NCBI GenBank assembly: GCA_020628915.1
Contig: JAHDEI010000003.1
Coordinates: forward strand, 1,859 to 65,858
Reading direction: 5' to 3'
DNA length: 64,000 nucleotides
DNA from: Minisyncoccota bacterium
Lineage (GTDB): Bacteria; Patescibacteriota; Minisyncoccia; Phycocordibacterales; GCA-2747955
In this document: positions 1-8,321 of the stretch, in pieces
Numbering within the stretch: the stretch's first letter is position 1
How the letters are laid out: every line of letters starts with the position of its first letter
Position numbers and translations under genes: made by a program
The notes under the pieces: model-generated
Seen by the model: the letters and a program-made list of their open reading frames with translations, nothing else
The model's database searches: none
Told to the model about the DNA's origin: nothing

Positions 1-451
1 GGTTGAAGACCTTACTGATGACCAAAAAGATTCGTTACGAAACGTTTTAGAACATCCAAAATTCTTTTTACCAGAAATTGTTACTTGTGAGACAGTTTCA
101 GGTGAAACAGTTGAAAAACATATTAGTGAGGTTTCTGATACCGATAAGATTTATGATATCTCGCCTAGTTCCTTTAATGATATTAGGAACAAGATTGTTG
201 AAGCAAAATCAATTCTGTGGAATGGACCACTTGGTTACTACGAAGGCGGTTACGACGCTGGAACAAAAGCACTAGCAAATCTCGTTGGGGATTCTGATGC
301 ATTTTCAATTGCAGGAGGTGGAGACACGATTGATGCAATTTATGATATTCATCAAGAATCAAATTTTAGTTTTCTTTCAAGTGCTGGAGGAGCAATGATA
401 GATTTTCTTTCAGACGGAGACGTTCATGGAGTAAATGTTTTGACTCAGTAG
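1..451 (+). CDS. pgk: Phosphoglycerate kinase, C-terminal part. The 5-prime end is cut by the window edge. The reading frame is 2..451.
   Basis: Frame 2 translation ends with the motif ...FSIAGGGDTIDAI...SAGGAMIDFLSDGDVHGVNVLTQ*, which is typical of the PGK C-terminus. It is absent from the ORF track because the partial frame has no start codon. Confidence 0.8.
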   Translation, partial: VEDLTDDQKDSLRNVLEHPKFFLPEIVTCETVSGETVEKHISEVSDTDKIYDISPSSFNDIRNKIVEAKSILWNGPLGYYEGGYDAGTKALANLVGDSDAFSIAGGGDTIDAIYDIHQESNFSFLSSAGGAMIDFLSDGDVHGVNVLTQ

Positions 452-483
452 GTTACACAAGAAACGTTTCGTGTGAAACAAAA

Positions 484-511
484 TCGTAACGAATGTCGTT
501 ACGATTTTTTG
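484..511 (+). terminator. Rho-independent terminator after pgk.
   Basis: Perfect 9-bp stem tcgtaacga-atg-tcgttacga followed by tttttt. Confidence 0.7.
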
Positions 512-535
512 TTACTTGTGAAACAGTGATATAAT
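509..535 (+). promoter_or_regulatory. Putative sigma-70-type promoter for the CCA-adding enzyme gene.
   Basis: Extended -10 element TGaTATAAT at 527-535 and a weak -35 element TTGTTA at 509-514. It sits 7 nt upstream of the start codon. Confidence 0.35.
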
Positions 536-541
536 GCCTGC

Positions 542-2116
542 ATGACAAAGATCGACCTCCCTATTCCAGAAGAAGTTTCATATGTAACAAAGACACTGAT
601 TGAATCAGGTTATCAAGCGTATTTTGTTGGCGGTTGTGTTAGAGACTTGTTACTAAACAAAGAACCTAGTGACTGGGATGTAACTACCAATGCAACGCCT
701 GAGCAGATCCAAGAACTGTTTGAGCACACTTTTTACGAAAATGACTTTGGAACAGTTGGTGTTGTGAATGATTCAGTAACCGAAATTATCAATAAACTAG
801 AAACTGAAATCGATTACGACCCAAGTTCATATGAGGAAGTTTCAGATGAAACACTTGATTTACTTAAACAAAAAGTTACATATGAAACACTGCAAGTAGT
901 TGAAGTTACCCCATACCGTACAGAGTCAGTGTATTCTGATGGTAGAAGGCCTGATTCAATTGAATTCTCCGATACTCTTGAAGAAGACCTAAAAAGACGT
1001 GATTTTACTATGAACGCTCTTGCTTTTGACCCTGTTTCACGTGAAATCACTGATTTGTATGGTGGAATTAAGGATATCCAAAACAAGGTAATAAATACGG
1101 TTGGTGACCCAAATGAACGTTTCACGGAAGATGCATTAAGGATACTTCGGGCTGTACGTTTTGCAGCACAATTGGGTTTCACGATAAACAAAGAGGTGCA
1201 AGATTCCATAGTTACACACAAATCTTCATTGAGTAAAATATCACGTGAAAGAGTAAGAGATGAGTTTACAAAGATGTTACTCACAAACGATCCTCTACAG
1301 GCCTTATTTTTAGCCAAGGACTTACACGTGCTAGATTTTGTTTCACCAGATCTGTCACGTGGTATAGGCGTTACACAAAATGGTGCACACGTATACGATG
1401 TTTTTGAGCATAATGTACGAACAATGCAGCATGGCGCTGACAAGGATTGGCCGCTTGTAATCAGATTGGCTGGATTGTTTCACGATGTTTCAAAGCCTGA
1501 AACGAGGCGATATTCTAAAGAAAAAGATGATTACACATTTTATGGGCACGAGGTTGTTGGAGCACGTGTTACCAAAAAGGCACTAGAAGACCTTAAATTT
1601 TCGAAAAAAGTCGTAGACAAAGTCACAACTCTTGTTCGGTGGCACATGTTCTTTTCGGACCCTGATCAGATTACTCTTTCTGCTGTTCGTAGGATTATTC
1701 GAAATGTTGGCCCAGATAACGTTTGGGATCTTATCAGGCTACGCATCTGTGATCGTATTGGAATGGGACGGCCAAAGGAAAAGTCTTATCGTCTCAGGAA
1801 GTACGTTTCAATGATGGATGAAGCAATGAGAAGCCCTATTTCTGTCAAAGACCTTAAACTTAACGGTGATGAGATTATGGAAATGTTCGGATTAAAACCT
1901 GGAAGACAAATCGGATACCTTTTGAAGGCACTGATGAATATCACCCTTGAAACTCCAGAAAATAATAATCGTGATTTTTTAGTACAAAAGGTCAAAGAGT
2001 ATCTGCAGTTATCGGAACAAGAATTGATCGCTCTGTCTGAGGCAGGGGTAGACGCAATTGAACGTGCAGAGGCAGAAGAAATTAGAAAAATAAGACGCAA
2101 GCATAAGGTACAATAA
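542..2116 (+). CDS. cca: CCA-adding tRNA nucleotidyltransferase (poly(A) polymerase head domain plus HD domain).
   Basis: N-terminal FVGGCVRDLLL...DWD nucleotidyltransferase motif, RDFTMNA, and the HD motif LFHDVSKPET...YGHE. The protein is 524 aa. Confidence 0.8.
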   Translation: MTKIDLPIPEEVSYVTKTLIESGYQAYFVGGCVRDLLLNKEPSDWDVTTNATPEQIQELFEHTFYENDFGTVGVVNDSVTEIINKLETEIDYDPSSYEEVSDETLDLLKQKVTYETLQVVEVTPYRTESVYSDGRRPDSIEFSDTLEEDLKRRDFTMNALAFDPVSREITDLYGGIKDIQNKVINTVGDPNERFTEDALRILRAVRFAAQLGFTINKEVQDSIVTHKSSLSKISRERVRDEFTKMLLTNDPLQALFLAKDLHVLDFVSPDLSRGIGVTQNGAHVYDVFEHNVRTMQHGADKDWPLVIRLAGLFHDVSKPETRRYSKEKDDYTFYGHEVVGARVTKKALEDLKFSKKVVDKVTTLVRWHMFFSDPDQITLSAVRRIIRNVGPDNVWDLIRLRICDRIGMGRPKEKSYRLRKYVSMMDEAMRSPISVKDLKLNGDEIMEMFGLKPGRQIGYLLKALMNITLETPENNNRDFLVQKVKEYLQLSEQELIALSEAGVDAIERAEAEEIRKIRRKHKVQ

Positions 2117-2124
2117 TCTCGTAC

Positions 2125-2721
2125 ATGACAAACAGTGTACCAGAACATTTAGAAATCACTTCTGAGACAACTGATGTGGATTTAGTAGACCTTTCATTGA
2201 AGGACCCGCATTACTTTGGTTTCATCATTGATCGTTACGAATCAAAACTTCATGGGTACATGAAGTCTATTTCGGGTGCTCCATTTGATGACAGAGAAGA
2301 CCTTTTACAAGAGGTGTTTGTTTCTGTCTATCAAAATCTGCATGGCTACAACAGTTCAATTAAATTTTCATCTTGGATTTATCGAATTGCACATAACAAA
2401 ACCGTTTCTTGGTGGCGAAAGAATAAGAAAGGAAAGGACACCATTTCGATTGAAGACAACACGTCTTTTGTAGAGACAGTTTTTAATGAAAACAACGTTG
2501 AGCAAGGCCATGAGGCTGAACATATCAGATTGGGGACCGAATATGCACTTGGTCGTATGAAGGATCAGTACAGGCAGATTTTGGTGTTGAGGTTCTGGGA
2601 GGGGAAGTCGTATGAAGACATTGCAGATATTACGAATTCTTCTGTCGGGACAGTTGGTACACGTGTTGGTCGTGCAAAGAAACAATTTATTAAATTATTT
2701 AGCGAGTATGAGCAAACTTAA
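2125..2721 (+). CDS. ECF-type RNA polymerase sigma-70 family factor (copy 1).
   Basis: Region 2 shows IIDRYESKLHGYMKSI...FSSWIYRIAHNKTVSWWRK. Region 4 shows a helix-turn-helix SYEDIADITNSSVGTVGTRVGRAKKQF. Confidence 0.8.
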   Translation: MTNSVPEHLEITSETTDVDLVDLSLKDPHYFGFIIDRYESKLHGYMKSISGAPFDDREDLLQEVFVSVYQNLHGYNSSIKFSSWIYRIAHNKTVSWWRKNKKGKDTISIEDNTSFVETVFNENNVEQGHEAEHIRLGTEYALGRMKDQYRQILVLRFWEGKSYEDIADITNSSVGTVGTRVGRAKKQFIKLFSEYEQT

Positions 2722-3370
2722 ACACAAAGTCCTCGAGGACATTAAAGAAAAGAACATTACTCCAACATCCAAGTTCTATTTCGTTTCCAAAACGTATTTT
2801 TTCTGGCTGTTGTTTGTTAGTTCAATAATTATTGGGGCGATTGCTTTTTCTACAATTTTGTTTCAGTTGGTTATTGAAACAAATGTTTGGAAAGACCTGG
2901 CCACTTTTCATCGCCCCAGTCTTTTTGTCGAAGCAGTACCTTTGTTTTGGCTTGCTCTTGTTTCTTTGTTTACTATTTCAGCTTGGTATAACTTTAAGAA
3001 TATTCCAGGCACTCATCGAACCGAAAATGCGATCATTGTTCTTGCTTCTATTTTATTTTCACTTTTGTTTGGTTTATTGTTGTTCAAGGTTGGTACCGCA
3101 GAAAAATTGGAATACATTATGAGAGAAAATTTTAGTACATACCGCCAAGCAGTTGAACGTAATATGGAGAGAAAAGCAGAGTTTCTTATGCAAAGAGACA
3201 TTTCTCCACGAGAAATTATGTTGAAACGAGAAGAGCTCAGGACTCTTTGTCTTAATCAAGGCAGAGACGATTGTTTTGTCTCGATCGATGATCTTACAGA
3301 TGAACAAGTTATATCTGCAACAACTACAAAAGAAGTGAAAGAAATTGGGGTAATCGAAGGTAATAACTAG
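2708..3370 (+). CDS. Membrane protein, a putative anti-sigma or sigma-partner protein (copy 1).
   Basis: The ATG at 2708 overlaps the sigma-factor stop by 14 nt. The track ORF 2612.. is an out-of-frame upstream extension. The protein has 3-4 predicted TM helices (FFWLLFVSSIIIGAIAF..., LFWLALVSLFTISAWYNF). It is paralogous to the product of 3969..4541. Confidence 0.5.
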   Translation: MSKLKHKVLEDIKEKNITPTSKFYFVSKTYFFWLLFVSSIIIGAIAFSTILFQLVIETNVWKDLATFHRPSLFVEAVPLFWLALVSLFTISAWYNFKNIPGTHRTENAIIVLASILFSLLFGLLLFKVGTAEKLEYIMRENFSTYRQAVERNMERKAEFLMQRDISPREIMLKREELRTLCLNQGRDDCFVSIDDLTDEQVISATTTKEVKEIGVIEGNN

Positions 3371-3372
3371 TA

Positions 3373-3966
3373 ATGGAGCAAAACGCCCCACAGTTATCTG
3401 ATGAACAAATCATGTCACGCATCACGGCGGAGCCTGATTTATATGGAATTATTATTGATCGATATACAGATAAATTATCTCGTTATATCAAAAGAGTCTC
3501 GGGGCTTGTTGGTGACGAACTAGACGACGTACTACAGGATGTATTCGTCCGCGCATATCAAAAACATACCTCGTTTGACCCAAGCCTTTCTTTTAATTCT
3601 TGGATTTATCGGATTTGTCACAATACAACCATAAATTATTGGAAGAAAAACCGTAGATACAAAGAAGGAGTTTCGTTTGATGAAGAAACCTACACTAAGT
3701 CTGGCTTTCTAGATCATGTGTTGGCGGACGATACAACGTTTGAGGGGATTATGAGAGACGCTGATATTGCGATAATCCGAGATGCGTTGGGGGGCATCAA
3801 AGAAAAGTATCGATCGATTCTGGTCCTTAGATTTTTTGAAGAATTAGACTATGGGCAGATATCAGATGTTCTCAAGATTCCACCTGGAACTGTCGCAACC
3901 AATATTCATCGCGCCAAGAAGGCATTAGCCAAGGAAGTAACATTACTAGAACAACCTAAAAAATAA
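3373..3966 (+). CDS. ECF-type RNA polymerase sigma-70 family factor (copy 2, paralog of 2125..2721).
   Basis: IIDRYTDKLSRYIKRVSG...FNSWIYRICHNTTINYWKKNRR...LDYGQISDVLKIPPGTVATNIHRAKKAL. Confidence 0.8.
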   Translation: MEQNAPQLSDEQIMSRITAEPDLYGIIIDRYTDKLSRYIKRVSGLVGDELDDVLQDVFVRAYQKHTSFDPSLSFNSWIYRICHNTTINYWKKNRRYKEGVSFDEETYTKSGFLDHVLADDTTFEGIMRDADIAIIRDALGGIKEKYRSILVLRFFEELDYGQISDVLKIPPGTVATNIHRAKKALAKEVTLLEQPKK

Positions 3967-3968
3967 CC

Positions 3969-4541
3969 ATGAAAGATTTTAAAGACAACATCATACAAGG
4001 AATCAAATCAGGAGAGATACGTCCAGAATCTCGTATGCGTTTTTTGGCACATGATTATTTCTTTTGGATTTTGACGGGGATTTCGGTTGTATTGGGTGGG
4101 GTCGCAACCGCATCAATTATTTACAAGGTTGTTGTGGAACAAGTTAGGCCACTTCGTGGAATAGGCGGCGCAGAAGCAGTCCCGGTGTTCTTTCAAACCG
4201 CACCGTACATTTGGATACTTGTACTGTTGGTTTTGGTATTGGCAGCTTGGTTTAATTATAAAAAGACATCAAAATCCTATAGACGACATAACGGATTAAT
4301 TATTGCTGGGGTAGTTATATTATCGCTTTTATTCGGGATTGGTTTATTTGCGGCAGGAGCAGGAGCAAAGGTGGATGACCAAATGAGAAAGCGAGTCCCA
4401 GTATTTAAAAAAGAAATGGAACGAAGAGAAAAAATCAGAGATCGATTTATCCAAGAAAGACGCGAGCGACTACAAAATCGTACTGACCAAAATCGACCAC
4501 CTAGGCCGTATCCATTTGCCCCACAAGAGAGGGTTAGGTAA
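3969..4541 (+). CDS. Membrane protein, a putative anti-sigma or sigma-partner protein (copy 2).
   Basis: It starts 3 nt after the sigma-factor stop. The TM helix YFFWILTGISVVLGGVATASIIYKVV resembles YFFWLLFVSSIIIGAIAFSTILFQLV in copy 1. The C-terminus is basic. Confidence 0.5.
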   Translation: MKDFKDNIIQGIKSGEIRPESRMRFLAHDYFFWILTGISVVLGGVATASIIYKVVVEQVRPLRGIGGAEAVPVFFQTAPYIWILVLLVLVLAAWFNYKKTSKSYRRHNGLIIAGVVILSLLFGIGLFAAGAGAKVDDQMRKRVPVFKKEMERREKIRDRFIQERRERLQNRTDQNRPPRPYPFAPQERVR

Positions 4542-4545
4542 ATAT

Positions 4546-4574
4546 TGACTTATACACATTGAAATGTTATAATT
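4546..4574 (+). promoter_or_regulatory. Sigma-70-like promoter upstream of the SPFH gene.
   Basis: TTGACT at 4546-4551, a 17-nt spacer, then TATAAT at 4569-4574. An AGAGGAG ribosome-binding site precedes the ATG at 4618. Confidence 0.45.
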
Positions 4575-4617
4575 AAAAATAGCATTGTGCTTTTATTTTG
4601 TTCAAGAGGAGAAAAAA

Positions 4618-5610
4618 ATGAACAGATATGGAAATCAATTTGGTTCACAGCCCGAGCCGTCAATATGGGACAGTTTACTATCAAGCGCACCGCTCGTGGT
4701 GGGACTCGTTATTCTTTTGCTGTGGTTGTCTACCACTATCGTTATCACTCGCGGAATGCGAGCAAAAATCGTTGAAATACTAGGCCAGCCTGAAAAGAAG
4801 GCTCGCCTATCAGGTCTCAGTTTCAAACTGCCGTTTCCGTTTGCACGAGTTGTTGGAAATGTGAATCTTCAGCTTTGTGAAATCGGATCAGACGTGAAGG
4901 CCAAAACCAAAGACAACGCCTTCTTGACGTTGCCGGTTAAGGTTCAATACCGAGCAACGCGAACAGCGGAAGGTGCCTTATTGGCCCACTACGAACTTGA
5001 TGATCCAGAATCACAGATTGTCAATTACGTTTTGAACAATGTTTCTTCTACGGTCCCCAAAATGGATATGGAAACGCTGTTTCAGCAACGCGAACAGATC
5101 GAAACGGAAGTCCTGGGCTCTCTACAAGAGAAATTTGGAAAATCCGGGTATTCAATCGAAAATGTTTTGGTTGATGAGCCAGATCCTTCGGAGGAAGTCA
5201 AAAAGTCATTCAATGACGTAATTGCGTCAAAACGCGCAAAAGAAGCCGCTCAGAACATTGCTGATGCTGAAAAGATCAGACTTGTTGGGATAGCGAAAGC
5301 TGAAAAGGAGTCAAAAAAGCTCCAAGGTGAAGGCCTCGCAGATATGCGCAAGGCGATCGCGACTGGCATGGACGTCTCCATGGAGACGCTTATGAAGTCG
5401 GGCATCTCCAAAACAGAAGCCTTGGTGCTTCTAATGCACACGAACCACTTGGACACACTTGGTTCAGCTGCTGCAGGAGGGAACATGATCATTACAGATA
5501 TGGGTGCCGGAGCACTCGGAACGGATGATATTTTCGCCGCCACAGCTGCTGCCATGAAGGCGACACGTCAGGACGGTGGAGCATCCTCTAGCTCTGATAC
5601 AGAAACCTAA
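4618..5610 (+). CDS. SPFH/band-7 (stomatin, prohibitin, HflC/K-like) membrane protein.
   Basis: One N-terminal TM helix, then an SPFH-like domain (IVITRGMRAKIVEILGQPEKKARLSGLSFKLPFPF...) and a coiled-coil A/E/K-rich tail. Start chosen at the RBS-preceded ATG at 4618 (MNRYGNQ). The track ORF 4585.. is an upstream extension. Confidence 0.7.
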   Translation: MNRYGNQFGSQPEPSIWDSLLSSAPLVVGLVILLLWLSTTIVITRGMRAKIVEILGQPEKKARLSGLSFKLPFPFARVVGNVNLQLCEIGSDVKAKTKDNAFLTLPVKVQYRATRTAEGALLAHYELDDPESQIVNYVLNNVSSTVPKMDMETLFQQREQIETEVLGSLQEKFGKSGYSIENVLVDEPDPSEEVKKSFNDVIASKRAKEAAQNIADAEKIRLVGIAKAEKESKKLQGEGLADMRKAIATGMDVSMETLMKSGISKTEALVLLMHTNHLDTLGSAAAGGNMIITDMGAGALGTDDIFAATAAAMKATRQDGGASSSSDTET

Positions 5611-5617
5611 AATTTTG

Positions 5618-5649
5618 ACCGCGCCTTATTTGGCGCGGTTTTTCTTTTT
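5618..5649 (+). terminator. Rho-independent terminator after the SPFH gene.
   Basis: Stem accgcgcc-ttattt-ggcgcggt followed by a T-tract. Confidence 0.7.
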
Positions 5650-5650
5650 C

Positions 5651-5680
5651 AAAAAAGCTGCCTATACGGCAGCTTTTACT
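5651..5680. terminator. Second hairpin with A-tract and T-tract flanks. It acts as a terminator for the convergent minus-strand TIR-like gene.
   Basis: aaaaaa-gctgcc-tata-cggcagc-tttt. The stop codon of the minus gene lies inside the stem. Confidence 0.6.
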
Positions 5681-6063
5681 TTTTTATTTTGTTGGTCTGT
5701 GTAAACGAAATACGGTTTCATCCAGTCTCGCAGACCAATTCCTGGGTTAAATCGCAGGCCGGGCTTTTGGTCAATTTCTTGTGCGAGATCCAACTCCTTT
5801 TTCATTCCTGCACTTTCGACGCTTCCGGCGATAAAGACAAATAAAATACGATCGCATTTTTTTTGCTTGTCCAGGCAGTAGGCATAAATCTCTTCGTTCG
5901 ACATCCGCTTGGAACGAAAAAATTCTTCGTCATCAAGAGAACAATAATATGACTGCCCTTGGTCTTTCAGTTCTCGGGTAACCCCGTCGATTACCTGCTT
6001 GCGCAGTCCAGGATGGATGCCACTGTATTGATATGAGATAAACACATCAAATTCTTTTTCCAT
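5662..6063 (-). CDS. Small stand-alone TIR-like domain protein (133 aa).
   Basis: N-terminal FDVFISYQYS, a central acidic loop (SLDDEEFF), and a later CDRILFVFIAGSVESAGMKKELDLAQEI segment. This matches the TIR / TIR-like (DUF1863-type) pattern DVFISY ... S.WC..EL. Confidence 0.5.
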   Translation of the reverse strand: MEKEFDVFISYQYSGIHPGLRKQVIDGVTRELKDQGQSYYCSLDDEEFFRSKRMSNEEIYAYCLDKQKKCDRILFVFIAGSVESAGMKKELDLAQEIDQKPGLRFNPGIGLRDWMKPYFVYTDQQNKKVKAAV

Positions 6064-6197
6064 AAAGAGCCTCCTTTTTCTTCTGAGCCTATCATACCAA
6101 AAGTGAAAGAAATTGCTCTTTCAGCTGTAGTAATACATGTGAAGCAAACCGGTTTGCTCACAATCAATGCAATTAACATTAATTTAAAAATTAAAAC

Positions 6198-6731
6198 ATG
6201 AAACAAACTACTAGAAATATGCTCGCAGGAGGATTGATTGGAGCAACCTTGATGGTTGGGGCTTCGGCATTCGCGGCGATCCCACAAGAGGCAAAAGACG
6301 CTGTAAAGGCTGGAGACTTTGAAGCATTCCAAGCTGCTGTTGAGGGAACAAGAGCAGAGAACTTACCAGAAGAAATTTTTGATTTGAAGGTTGATCTCTA
6401 CGAAGCAAAGCAAGCTGGAGATGAAGATCAAATTGAGTCAATCAAGACTGAATTGAAGGAATACCGATCTGAGAAAAAGGCGGAGCGACAAGCAACCAGA
6501 GAGGCTAGACGTGATGCGGTAGAGTCAGGAGACTATGATGCATTTACTGCACTTGTTCCAGAAGGACGAGATGCGCCTTCTGAAGAGGTATTTGGACTGC
6601 TTGGCGACCTCCACCAGGCACGAGAGGCAGGCGATGATGAAGCAAAAGCAGAAATCAAAGCTGAACTAAAGGAGCTTGGGTTTGAAAAACCACAGCGTAA
6701 GAAAAAGGGTCACAGAGGAGGAAATCAATAA
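6198..6731 (+). CDS. Secreted protein with an internal tandem repeat. Function unknown.
   Basis: Signal peptide MKQTTRNMLAGGLIGATLMVGASAFAA. There are two repeats of about 60 aa (AVKAGDFEAFQAAVEG...IKTELKE and AVESGDYDAFTALVPEG...IKAELKE). The protein is strongly acidic and coiled-coil-like. Confidence 0.55.
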   Translation: MKQTTRNMLAGGLIGATLMVGASAFAAIPQEAKDAVKAGDFEAFQAAVEGTRAENLPEEIFDLKVDLYEAKQAGDEDQIESIKTELKEYRSEKKAERQATREARRDAVESGDYDAFTALVPEGRDAPSEEVFGLLGDLHQAREAGDDEAKAEIKAELKELGFEKPQRKKKGHRGGNQ

Positions 6732-6862
6732 AGTGACATAAAACAAGATTTGCTGCGTATTAATATATGTAGGCGACTGTTATGCAGTCGTTTACACAAA
6801 TAACAAAGCAAAAACATTCGCAAATATATAACTACTTATATATTTACTACAAAACTACTACC

Positions 6863-6890
6863 AAAACCGCCATATCGGCGGTTTTTGGTT
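6863..6890. terminator. Bidirectional rho-independent terminator between the secreted-protein gene and xth.
   Basis: aaaa-ccgcc-atatc-ggcgg-ttttt. Confidence 0.7.
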
Positions 6891-6915
6891 TGTTTGTCAG
6901 ATTTGTTGAATGAAT

Positions 6916-7713
6916 TTAGATATTCACCTCAATTGATACAGGGCAATGATCTGATCCATGAATATCATCGTGTATTTGGGCGGTTTTGAGTTTGCCCTTG
7001 AGTGATTCTGAAATGAGAAAATAATCAATGCGCCAGCCGGAATTGTTTTTCCGAGCATTAAATCGGTAGGACCACCATGAATATTTTTCGATGGTGTCTG
7101 GGTGCAAGTACCTGAATGTATCTATGAAACCTTGTGAAACGTAATTTGTGAAACCCTCGCGCTCTTTATCCGTGAAACCTGGATTTCCTGGATTTTTCTC
7201 TGTTGTTCTGTTGTTTTGTGGGTTTTTGAGATCAATTTCTGTGTGGGCAACGTTGAGATCGCCACAGAGAATAACAGGTTTCTTTTTCTCGAGTTTTTTG
7301 AGGTATTTAAGGAACAGTACATCCCACTCTTTGTGCCTATAATCGACACGTGCCAGATCAGGCTTTGAATTCGGAGTGTAGACGTTTACTAGATAATACT
7401 TTTTATATTCAGCGGTAATAACCCGACCTTCGTCATTTGCGAGATCAAGCCCTTTGATTTCATTTGAAATAGAAATTGGTTCTTGTTTTAAAAAAACTGC
7501 AGTTGAAGAATAACCCTTTTTAATTGCAGAATTAAAGTATTGATATCCATGTTTGGGAAATAGTTCCGCAGCAAATCCATTAATTTGTTCTGGCTGCGCC
7601 TTGGTTTCCTGTAGACAGATGATATCTGGGTCTTCAGACAATAAAAAGTCGACGGCTCCGTCTTTATCTTTCCATGCTCTGAATCCGTTCACGTTCCATG
7701 AGATTGCTTTCAT
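6916..7713 (-). CDS. xth: Exodeoxyribonuclease III / AP endonuclease (EEP family).
   Basis: MKAISWNVNGFRA...ICLQETKA...C-terminal SDHCPV. The protein is 265 aa, typical of ExoIII. Confidence 0.85.
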   Translation of the reverse strand: MKAISWNVNGFRAWKDKDGAVDFLLSEDPDIICLQETKAQPEQINGFAAELFPKHGYQYFNSAIKKGYSSTAVFLKQEPISISNEIKGLDLANDEGRVITAEYKKYYLVNVYTPNSKPDLARVDYRHKEWDVLFLKYLKKLEKKKPVILCGDLNVAHTEIDLKNPQNNRTTEKNPGNPGFTDKEREGFTNYVSQGFIDTFRYLHPDTIEKYSWWSYRFNARKNNSGWRIDYFLISESLKGKLKTAQIHDDIHGSDHCPVSIEVNI

Positions 7714-7856
7714 ATAGGCATTATATCACCACAAAGAAAAAGCCTGAGGCACTTTGTTGTCTCGAGGAGGAGCAGTGCTCACAGGATCTTAATAAATCAG
7801 AATACTTGACTTTATTCGCATACAAAGTATAATAATTTCCAGAAAAGGAGGATCTA

Positions 7857-8258
7857 ATGGGTTCATTTTTACTTGGCGTCTTAGCATTCATCATAATTAT
7901 ATTCATTCTGTTTCTCGGGCTATCTCTTTCCGGATTTATGGTTGCCGGCCCCGTCGTCTTTGGTAAGCACGTTAAAAATGTGCCTGAAGAATACAGGTGG
8001 CAATTTCGTCGCAGATGGTATCTCACCACAGGAATTGTCTTTGGAGTTGGCATGTTTATACACAATAAGATCATGTATATGCCATTCGATTTTTATGATT
8101 TCATTTCGGTCGTATTATTTTGGCCTTTAGGCATTTTTATTGCTGTGATTACTGCTGACATCGGTGGCATGATCTTTATGCTCGTTGCAGCAGCTGCATC
8201 TTTTCTGATATCAGAATTCTATGCGGCAACGTATCCGAATAGAGCTGGCTCTCCATAG
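7857..8258 (+). CDS. Hypothetical polytopic membrane protein.
   Basis: An AAAGGAGG ribosome-binding site 6 nt upstream. Four hydrophobic helices. A terminator hairpin (gctggctct-ccat-agagccggc-tttttt) follows at 8243-8276. Confidence 0.5.
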   Translation: MGSFLLGVLAFIIIIFILFLGLSLSGFMVAGPVVFGKHVKNVPEEYRWQFRRRWYLTTGIVFGVGMFIHNKIMYMPFDFYDFISVVLFWPLGIFIAVITADIGGMIFMLVAAAASFLISEFYAATYPNRAGSP

Positions 8259-8321
8259 AGCCGGCTTTTTTGTTGAAAATTCTTGGTAGTTGCAATTATT
8301 TTGCGTGCTATAATCTTTATT

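Noticed and set aside
814-1443. 209-aa ORF antisense to the cca gene. Similar antisense or overlapping ORFs occur at 1786..2148, 2368..2685, 3074..3391, 5250..5555, 17431..17880, 20205..20543, 20840..21259, 28313..28723, 32513..33324, 37814..38329, 40171..40610 and 42544..42988, among others.
   Set aside because: They lie entirely within well-supported genes on the opposite strand or in another frame. They have no ribosome-binding site and their composition is that of out-of-frame sequence. They are treated as spurious.
2612-3370. ORF-track starts that extend upstream into the preceding gene or a terminator. Examples are 2612, 4585, 8283, 10918, 12033, 17387, 18198, 25818, 38372, 49426, 56940 and 60816.
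   Set aside because: In each case an internal ATG with a ribosome-binding site or promoter, placed after the upstream stop or terminator, gives a more plausible start. The longer forms would overlap neighbouring genes or terminator hairpins. Start coordinates were adjusted accordingly.
5991-6332. 113-aa minus-strand ORF overlapping the end of the TIR-like gene and the start of the secreted repeat-protein gene.
   Set aside because: It overlaps two better-supported genes and the intergenic promoter region. It has no ribosome-binding site and its composition is Cys/Ser-rich junk.
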